From Thainema sp. (lineage in GTDB: Bacteria; Cyanobacteriota; Cyanobacteriia; Phormidesmidales; Phormidesmidaceae), in contig JBQLZK010000065.1 in NCBI GenBank assembly GCA_052168235.1, positions 1-37,830 of the forward strand: a DNA stretch of 37,830 nt, written 5' to 3'. Made by a program: the position numbers and the translations under genes. Below are positions 31,098-37,830 of this stretch, in pieces (the first letter of the stretch is position 1; every line of letters begins with the position of its first letter). A model generated the notes under the pieces. That model was given only the letters and a program-made list of their open reading frames with translations. It was not told the DNA's origin and did no database searches.

Positions 31098-32720
31098 ATG
31101 GCTCAGCGTCTACTCAGCGAGTTCAACGGGTCAGTTCTTTGGCAAAAACTGCAAAAGTCCGATGCTTGGTGCGCGGTGGGATTTGCGATCGCAGCTCTCT
31201 TTCTCTATTGGCTCAACCTGGGACAGGTTGCCCTGCGCGACTGGGACGAAGGCACGATTGCCCAAGTCGCTAAGGAAATGTATCGATCCGGCGACTGGCT
31301 CTATCCGACCATCTACGGTGCGCCGTATTTGAATAAACCGCCGCTGGTGGAATGGCTGATTAACATCGGCTATAGCCTTGGCGGCGTCCAAACCTGGACA
31401 GCTCGCTTCATGCCTGCCGCTGTCAGTGCCTTGGCTGTGCCGTTACTCTTCCTACTGGGTCGGAAGCTGTTCGCCCAGAAAGCCTTTGCCGTATGCAGTG
31501 CAGGCGTCTATCTAACCCTGCTGCCTGTCGCTCGTCACGGACGCTTAGCCATGCGCGATGGCGTTGCCGTTACGCTGTTTCTAGCTTTACTATACTGCTT
31601 GCTGCAAGCGCGACAGGATCGCCGCTGGGGATTGGGCGTGGGGCTGGCGCTGGGGCTGATTGGATTGACGAAAGGCTTGCTGGCTGTGCTGTTGGGAACC
31701 GTAGCCGGAATCTTTCTGCTTGTTAATCGGCAGTGGAATTTACTCAAAAGTCCGATTGCCTGGGCTGGTTTGGTGTTGGGACTGCTACCTGCGATCGCAT
31801 GGTATGCGCTTCAGTTTCAGCACTACGGCACAACCTTCTGGCAGGGACACGTGATGGGCCAGTCGCTTGACCGGATTTGGGCAGCAGTGGACAACCATCA
31901 GGAACCGTTCTGGTTCTACTTCGTTGAACTGCTGGAGTATGGCTGGCCGTGGCTGCTGTTCTGGCCGAGCAGTCTGTGGCTGGCCTGGAAATTGCGATCG
32001 CAACCCTGGGCGCAGTTAGTACTGGTCGGTACAGTGGTTTACCTGGGCACAATTTCCGTTATGGACACCAAGCTGCCCTGGTACATCATGCCGCTGTATC
32101 CGTTTGTGGCGCTGGCAATTGGCGCACAGCTTGGCGAGATTTGGGTGAACCGCCGACCGTTTTACAAGGTTTGGAGCTGGCTGCTAGGTGCGATCGCAGT
32201 TGCTAGCTTAATCGGTGGTTTTGTCATCGGCTGGATCGAGCAGCAGTGGTTGCTGATGCCGATTGGTCTAGTGCTGGCGGTGACTTTGGGTATCGCAGCG
32301 TGGTTGTTGGGGAAGTGCGATCGCAACTTTATTCCAGTACTGATCAGCGGCCTGTACGTGGCGCTATTCATCTTCGTCAGCTCCGATTTTTGGCTGTGGG
32401 AGCTGAATGAAGCCTTTCCGGTACAGCCCGTGGCCGCCATGCTGAAGGAGCACACGCCAGCTCAGAGCAAAATCCTGACCACCTTTCCCTATCATCGTCC
32501 TAGCCTAGATTTCTATAGCGATCGCTATGTCCGCCCCGCTGGGCCAAAGGCACTGCGGCGGTTTTGGCAGCCGGAGCAGTATTTCTTGATTCCCGCTGCG
32601 GATCAGGCTCAGCTACCGCAGCCCTCTTACTGGGTAGTGGACGAGGTCGCCGGATTTCTGCTGATTCAGCCCAGAGCAACGGATGCTCCTGCCGCCAAAC
32701 CCATTTCACAAGCTCAGTAA
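31098..32720 (+). CDS. ArnT/GT39-family membrane glycosyltransferase
   Basis: LRDWDEG, PYLNKPPL, R.AM.DG, LTKG, TKLPWY..P; many TM helices. Confidence 0.92.
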   Translation: MAQRLLSEFNGSVLWQKLQKSDAWCAVGFAIAALFLYWLNLGQVALRDWDEGTIAQVAKEMYRSGDWLYPTIYGAPYLNKPPLVEWLINIGYSLGGVQTWTARFMPAAVSALAVPLLFLLGRKLFAQKAFAVCSAGVYLTLLPVARHGRLAMRDGVAVTLFLALLYCLLQARQDRRWGLGVGLALGLIGLTKGLLAVLLGTVAGIFLLVNRQWNLLKSPIAWAGLVLGLLPAIAWYALQFQHYGTTFWQGHVMGQSLDRIWAAVDNHQEPFWFYFVELLEYGWPWLLFWPSSLWLAWKLRSQPWAQLVLVGTVVYLGTISVMDTKLPWYIMPLYPFVALAIGAQLGEIWVNRRPFYKVWSWLLGAIAVASLIGGFVIGWIEQQWLLMPIGLVLAVTLGIAAWLLGKCDRNFIPVLISGLYVALFIFVSSDFWLWELNEAFPVQPVAAMLKEHTPAQSKILTTFPYHRPSLDFYSDRYVRPAGPKALRRFWQPEQYFLIPAADQAQLPQPSYWVVDEVAGFLLIQPRATDAPAAKPISQAQ

Positions 32721-32803
32721 ACGCAACGTACAGAATTCGTCAGAGCCGTTAGTGTAAGATCAGCACAATCATTCCTACTGAAGCTGCGTCAAGGGTTGAC
32801 GCT

Positions 32804-35800
32804 ATGATGAAAATTCTGCACGGCACTTGGATCCCCCAGCCAACTGACGATTTTATTCAAACGGGTACATTTTATCTCTGGATTGAAACCGACGAGAAAA
32901 GCCGCCGCCGTCGAGCAGGTCATCCGCGCCATTTGTTTGCGCCGGAATTAGCAGCGACCCTGGCGGATGAGTTGGGGGTCAAAGTTCTGGGTGCTCGCAA
33001 GCTGGAGGATTACATTTCACAGTGTTACTTCCTTTTGCCTACAGCCGAGGACGAGCCGCTGCCGTCTTTGGAGCTATCGCGTTATTTAGAAGATGAAAGC
33101 CCCGACAAATTTGATTGGCAGTTCTGGAAAATAGACTGCTATCCAATTCGAGAAAACACTCAAATTATCAGTGTGCTGAATGACCTGCACTTTCTGGCGC
33201 TCTACAATCTGGCGGATGTGCAGCTCGGAGCCGACCTGCTGTTTTGGTATCACTACACCCAGTCACTTAAGCAGGTGATTCTGCGCGATCAGTATATTCC
33301 TGCGCTCAAGTATCGTCGTTTAGATCAAGCGTCATCTGCTGGTGCCAAAACATCTAGCCGCTCTAAATCTCGGTCTAAAGCCTCATCTAAATCGACCCGA
33401 TCAAACATCAGCAAGGCGCAAATTCAGGCTCAAGCAGAAGCAAAAGCAGCTAGTCAGCGATTAGGTGGTGATGCTGAGATTTATCCAGCCTGGGATATCG
33501 TTGGCGATCGCTACGAAGCCAGCTTGGATGCCTATGTTGAATACATGCCGCATCTGTGTGTAGCTGGATTTGAGAAAGAGCCAGACCTACCGACCTTTTA
33601 TGACCGCAAAACTCTCTTGCGGCATTTTTCAGAATGTTGGGTGAATGATCTGGTCAGAGGTACATCCTTTTCTTTACCCCAGTCCTACCTCAAGAAAATC
33701 GAAGGCTCCTTAGTTGAAAGCTGCCTAACTCAGAACCTTAGATACCCTTGGGCTGGCACGGCTTATCATTTAGAACGCTATCAGCAGTGGCAGGGATGGC
33801 GCGATCGCATTACTCGGTCTGAAACCGAAGCTCCATTTCATGTGGGATTCAAACTGGAGGAACCTGCAAAACCAGATGATCCGTGGCAAATCCTGTTTCA
33901 AGTTGCACCCAAGCATGACCCATCGCTGCAAATTGCCCTCATGGACTTTTGGCGACTGCGGGGCAAACAAGAGCGAGAACTGCGGAAGCAGTTCGGTGAT
34001 AATTTTGAGCAGCATCTGCTGATGAATTTGGGCTATGCGGCGCGAATTTATCCTAATTTTTGGCAAGGGCTCGAAACTGATGAGCCTGTCGGCATCTTTG
34101 TCGATCTAAATACGGCGTTTGACTTTCTCAAGGATTCCGCTTGGGTGCTGGAGGATGCTGGCTACAAGATTATTGTGCCTGCCTGGTGGACGCCAAAAGG
34201 ACGGCAGCGGGCCAAGATTCGGCTCAAGGCCAAGGGCAAATCTCTGGGCGGCAACGACAAGGCCAAGAGCTACTTCTCGTTTGAAACGCTGGTGCAGTAC
34301 AAATACGAGATGTCCATTGGTGACCAGCCCGTCAGTGAGCAGGAGTGGCAGCAACTGGTGCAGGCTAAGTCGCCGCTGGTCAAGTTTCGCGGTCAGTGGA
34401 TGGAGCTTGACCAGGAGAAAATGCAGCAAATGCTGGACTTCTGGAAGCAGCAGCAGGCCGACAATCCGGAAATGAGTCTGCTTGACTTCATGCGGCTGAC
34501 GGCTGGCGAAGATGATGAGCTAGAAGTCGATTTCGATCGCAATGATGTCTTGGCGACGATGCTGACCCAGCTTAGCGACAAAGGCCGCCTGGAGCTAACC
34601 CCCAATCCCGATCAGCTCCAAGGCAATCTGCGGGATTACCAGAAGCGGGGCCTGTCCTGGCTGCACTATTTGGAAAATCTGGGCCTCAATGGTTGTCTGG
34701 CGGACGACATGGGCTTGGGCAAAACAGTGCAGGTGATTGCTCGTCTCGTGCAAGAGCGGGAAATGGCGACAGAGGCGGGAGTCAAGCAGGTGCCGCCAAC
34801 CCTGCTGATCGCGCCCACCTCCGTTGTCGGCAACTGGTATCACGAACTGCACAAGTTTGCGCCCCATTTAACGGTGGTGGTGCATCACGGTAGCGATCGC
34901 ACAAAGGAAACCAAGGAGTTTAAAGCGCTCTGTCGCCAGCATGATGTGATCATCACCTCCTTTACCTTGGCTCGTAAGGATGCCAAGCTGCTGGCTGGAA
35001 TCACCTGGCACCGGATTGTCTTGGACGAAGCGCAGAATATCAAGAATCCCAAAACGGCCCAGACCAAGGCAATTCTCAAGCTCAACGCCAATCATCGGCT
35101 GGCGCTGACCGGAACGCCCGTAGAGAACCGCCTGCTAGATTTGTGGTCGATCTTTAACTTCCTTAATCCCGGCTATTTGGGCACACAGGCGCAATTCCGC
35201 AAGCAGTTCGAAATGCCGATCCAGAAAGACAACAGCCCCACTCGCTCGGCCACGCTCAAGAAACTGGTGGAGCCGTTCATCCTGCGGCGGGTCAAGACCG
35301 ATCAGGCCATTATCAAAGACTTGCCCGATAAGGTAGAGCAGAAGCTTTACTGCAACCTGACCAAAGAGCAAGCGTCCCTGTATGAAGCCGTGATCAAAGA
35401 TGTCACCGAGCAGCTTGAAGCGGCTGAGGGGATTCAGCGTAAAGGTCTAATTCTGGCTACCTTGACGAAACTGAAGCAGATCTGTAACCATCCCCGCCAG
35501 TTTTTGCAGGACGAAAGCGAGTTCACAGCCGAGCGATCGCACAAGCTGGATCGCTTACTCGAAATGTTAGACGAAGTGATTGAAGAAGGAGAGAGCGCCC
35601 TCGTCTTCAGCCAATTCCGCGAAATTGGCGATGCCCTAGCGAATCACCTGCGACACACACGCCACTACAACACCTACTACATCCACGGCGGCACCAACCG
35701 CAACAAGCGGGAACAGATGATTACCCAGTTCCAAGATCCAGAAACGGAACCGTCAATTTTTGTCTTATCTCTCAAAGCAGCGGGTGTGGGGATTACCTTG

Positions 35801-36079
35801 ACCAAAGCTAACCACGTGTTTCATTTCGACCGCTGGTGGAATCCGGCTGTGGAAGATCAGGCCACTGACCGCGCCTTCCGGATTGGTCAGCAGAAAAATG
35901 TCTTCGTGCATAAGTTTGTCACGATGGGGACACTGGAAGAACGCATCGATCAGATGATTGAAGATAAGAAAAAGTTGGCCGGAGCGATCGTGGGTGCCGA
36001 TGAATCCTGGCTGACGGAATTAGATAATGATGCCTTTAAGCAACTGATTGCCCTGAATCGCAATGCCATTTTGGAGTAG
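32804..36079 (+). CDS. SNF2-family (SWI2/SNF2) helicase/ATPase with DUF3670-type region
   Basis: LRDYQ, LADDMGLGKT, DEAQNIKN, LTGTPVEN, ILRR.K, LKQICNHP, VFSQF, SLKAAGVG.TLT, DRWWNPAVEDQATDRAFRIGQ; PLVKFRGQW. Confidence 0.96.
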   Translation: MMKILHGTWIPQPTDDFIQTGTFYLWIETDEKSRRRRAGHPRHLFAPELAATLADELGVKVLGARKLEDYISQCYFLLPTAEDEPLPSLELSRYLEDESPDKFDWQFWKIDCYPIRENTQIISVLNDLHFLALYNLADVQLGADLLFWYHYTQSLKQVILRDQYIPALKYRRLDQASSAGAKTSSRSKSRSKASSKSTRSNISKAQIQAQAEAKAASQRLGGDAEIYPAWDIVGDRYEASLDAYVEYMPHLCVAGFEKEPDLPTFYDRKTLLRHFSECWVNDLVRGTSFSLPQSYLKKIEGSLVESCLTQNLRYPWAGTAYHLERYQQWQGWRDRITRSETEAPFHVGFKLEEPAKPDDPWQILFQVAPKHDPSLQIALMDFWRLRGKQERELRKQFGDNFEQHLLMNLGYAARIYPNFWQGLETDEPVGIFVDLNTAFDFLKDSAWVLEDAGYKIIVPAWWTPKGRQRAKIRLKAKGKSLGGNDKAKSYFSFETLVQYKYEMSIGDQPVSEQEWQQLVQAKSPLVKFRGQWMELDQEKMQQMLDFWKQQQADNPEMSLLDFMRLTAGEDDELEVDFDRNDVLATMLTQLSDKGRLELTPNPDQLQGNLRDYQKRGLSWLHYLENLGLNGCLADDMGLGKTVQVIARLVQEREMATEAGVKQVPPTLLIAPTSVVGNWYHELHKFAPHLTVVVHHGSDRTKETKEFKALCRQHDVIITSFTLARKDAKLLAGITWHRIVLDEAQNIKNPKTAQTKAILKLNANHRLALTGTPVENRLLDLWSIFNFLNPGYLGTQAQFRKQFEMPIQKDNSPTRSATLKKLVEPFILRRVKTDQAIIKDLPDKVEQKLYCNLTKEQASLYEAVIKDVTEQLEAAEGIQRKGLILATLTKLKQICNHPRQFLQDESEFTAERSHKLDRLLEMLDEVIEEGESALVFSQFREIGDALANHLRHTRHYNTYYIHGGTNRNKREQMITQFQDPETEPSIFVLSLKAAGVGITLTKANHVFHFDRWWNPAVEDQATDRAFRIGQQKNVFVHKFVTMGTLEERIDQMIEDKKKLAGAIVGADESWLTELDNDAFKQLIALNRNAILE

Positions 36080-36096
36080 TCCTGGGAGTCAAAATT

Positions 36097-36933
36097 ATGG
36101 CTAAATTTAGTCGATCCTGGTGGGGACAAAAATTTATTGAAGCAATTGAAGAACTAACCGATTCAGGCCGTTTGAGTCGGGGGCGCTCCTATGCCAATAA
36201 CGGCAAAGTGATTGGCTTTCAGATTGATCGGGGACTGATTACGGCGCAGGTGCGGGGTTCTGTCAATCCTTACTTCGGCGTTTATAGCGAACCGCGATAT
36301 GATGTGCTGATTGATTTTGAGCCAATTAGTAAAGCTAAATGGACGGCTGTCATTGCGCTGGTTGCCTCTAAGGCGGGTCTGATTTCGCGGCTGTTGCTGA
36401 ACGAAATTCCGGAAAATATTGAAGACAGTTTCAATACGCTGGGGCTGCATTTGCTGCCTGCAAGCGACGGGGATTTTCACACCCGCTGTTCCTGTCCGGA
36501 TTGGAGCAATCCCTGTAAGCATGTTGCCGGAGTGTATTATCTGATCGCGGCTGAGCTAGATCGCGATCCGTTTTTGCTCTTTGAACTGCGGGGTCTCAAG
36601 AAAGAGGAACTTAAAGCCGAATTGGCTAAAACGCCACTCGGTCAAGCTCTATCTGCCGAACTTTCGGCTCAGCGGCATCCGCCCACACCCGTTGAATCCT
36701 ACTACACGAAACCGCAGCTAGTTGAGGCGACAGAACTGAGCGCCAAAGCCTTCTGGCAAGGGGAAAAGCGATTGCCACAGACGATTGAAGTACCTGCACC
36801 TTCAACGGTGTCGGCTGTGGTCGTGAAGAAGCAGGGTGATTTTCCACCCTTTTGGTCGCGGGAGAACTCGTTTATTGAAGCAATGGAAGAGTTTTACGAA
36901 CGAGTGAAAACGAAACGAAAGGATTTGCTCTAA
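36097..36933 (+). CDS. SWIM zinc finger protein, partner of SNF2
   Basis: SWWG, RLSRGRSYA, A.VRGS, CSCPDW..PCKH (SWIM), DPF.LFELRG; starts 17 bp after the SNF2 stop. Confidence 0.94.
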   Translation: MAKFSRSWWGQKFIEAIEELTDSGRLSRGRSYANNGKVIGFQIDRGLITAQVRGSVNPYFGVYSEPRYDVLIDFEPISKAKWTAVIALVASKAGLISRLLLNEIPENIEDSFNTLGLHLLPASDGDFHTRCSCPDWSNPCKHVAGVYYLIAAELDRDPFLLFELRGLKKEELKAELAKTPLGQALSAELSAQRHPPTPVESYYTKPQLVEATELSAKAFWQGEKRLPQTIEVPAPSTVSAVVVKKQGDFPPFWSRENSFIEAMEEFYERVKTKRKDLL

Positions 36934-36964
36934 AATTCAGATGCCCTGAACCCATAGATCATGT

Positions 36965-37399
36965 ATGAGTCCCCAGCTATCTTCCACTGAACTGCAAACT
37001 GTCCAGGAGCTGCTTCAGGATTATGACGAAGCCCAACCTGCGATCGCAACTCTGCAAGAACATGATGGCGATCTCAAAACCAGCCTGGAAGATCTGATCG
37101 CGGCAGAGGCGGGGACGGCGGTCTATGGCGAGGAGCGCAAGTCGCTGCGACAGGTGTTTCTGAAGAATGTGCGGCGGGAGATCTGCGGCGATGATGGGTT
37201 TCTGGTCAAGGTGGAGGAGTACAACAAGAAACCGGGCGAGGCGGCGCTGCTGGCGGGGTTGATTGTGTATGTGATTGATTTGGTGACGCTGCCGATTAAT
37301 CCGGCGATTGCCACTGTTGTTGTGCTCTGGGTGTTGAAATTGGGGATTCGCACGTTTTGTGACTATACAGACCCGGATGAGGATGAGTTCCTGCTGTAG
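36965..37399 (+). CDS. Hypothetical protein with a C-terminal hydrophobic hairpin
   Basis: 144 aa, 31 bp after the SWIM gene; acidic N-half, REICGD, hydrophobic LLAGLIVYVI...AIATVVVLWVLKLG, FCDY. Confidence 0.8.
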   Translation: MSPQLSSTELQTVQELLQDYDEAQPAIATLQEHDGDLKTSLEDLIAAEAGTAVYGEERKSLRQVFLKNVRREICGDDGFLVKVEEYNKKPGEAALLAGLIVYVIDLVTLPINPAIATVVVLWVLKLGIRTFCDYTDPDEDEFLL

Positions 37400-37439
37400 G
37401 GGCGCTAGGTTGTAGGGGCGAATGGCCATTCGCCCCTAC
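37394..37439. repeat. GTAG-type REP-like palindrome plus a truncated partial copy
   Basis: CTGTAGGGGCG (37394-37404, supplying the TAG stop of ORF 36965), then GTAGGGGCGAATGGCCATTCGCCCCTAC (37412-37439). Confidence 0.88.
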
Positions 37440-37465
37440 GCAATGTTTTGGGTTTTCAGACTGTT

Positions 37466-37830
37466 CTATTCAGCACGGTTGAAATTGGCGAAGCGTTGCT
37501 GCACGTCTGCGGGGGTGACGTTGAGGCATTGGGCGACAGCGGTGAGGATGTTGGGGTCTTGGGTGGTTTGATAAAGTCGGGCAAAACTTCGGAAAACGAT
37601 TCCACCATTATGTTCATCCCCATATTCCGTATATGTCTCTAATGCTTTTTGGTAATGCGATCGCGCCTGCTCATACTCCCTCAGCTCTTGGGCAACGATG
37701 CCTAAGTGGTGGTAGGTGCTGGCTTGGCTGTAGCGGTCGTTGAATTCAATTTTGAGATCGAGCGCCTGCTGAAAGTGCGATCGCGCCTGCTCATACTCCC
37801 TCAGCTCTTGGGCAACGATGCCTAAGTGGT
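37466..37830 (-). CDS. Tetratricopeptide-repeat protein, C-terminal part (gene begins beyond the window)
   Basis: Manual translation: HLGIVAQELREYEQARSHFQQALDLKIEFNDRYSQASTYHHLGIVAQELREYEQARSHYQKAL...FNRAE*, with 40-aa TPR units; absent from the ORF track. Confidence 0.92.
   Translation of the reverse strand, partial: HLGIVAQELREYEQARSHFQQALDLKIEFNDRYSQASTYHHLGIVAQELREYEQARSHYQKALETYTEYGDEHNGGIVFRSFARLYQTTQDPNILTAVAQCLNVTPADVQQRFANFNRAE
37656..37830. repeat. 120-bp-period intragenic tandem repeat
   Basis: 37656-37710 is identical to 37776-37830 (55 bp visible before the window edge). Confidence 0.92.

Noticed and set aside
36977..37429. 150-aa minus-strand ORF
   Set aside because: It is the antisense shadow of ORF 36965-37399 and its start lies inside the REP palindrome.
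37448..37642. 64-aa plus-strand ORF
   Set aside because: It is antisense to the clear TPR-protein C-terminus.
37656..37830. CRISPR array
   Set aside because: The repeat is coding, in frame at 120-bp period, and translates to TPR units; no cas genes are present.

Overview
Chromosomal window from a cyanobacterium, shown by about 50 HIP1 octamers (GCGATCGC, counted by eye) and by psb27, chlP, cpcT and sqdB/sqdX. Most of it is core genome: a C-terminally truncated Ser/Thr kinase, ligA, a CyaB1-type GAF-GAF-PAS adenylate cyclase, sqdB-sqdX, cpcT, a phytase-like esterase, desC, a YnbB/Met-gamma-lyase-family PLP enzyme, chlP, psb27, glnN (GSIII), a HAD-IIB phosphatase, hisF, and an M14 peptidase next to an FAD oxidoreductase. 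The right third is more accessory: a candidate Sm/Hfq-like protein, a sterol-desaturase pseudogene with three in-frame stops, an AT-rich membrane-protein gene, a YvbH-like PH-domain protein, an ArnT/GT39 glycosyltransferase, a SNF2 + SWIM + small-protein operon, and the 3' end of a TPR-repeat gene missing from the ORF track. GTAG-type REP-like palindromes occur, one of them translated inside a CDS, along with several unusually long hairpins at gene ends. I saw no rRNA, tRNA, CRISPR array or transposase. No new system can be proven from the sequence alone. The best leads are the Sm-like ORF, the SNF2-SWIM operon facing the TPR gene, the coding REP and a divergent DUF3768-like ORF. All family assignments are by-eye motif recognition, not database searches.
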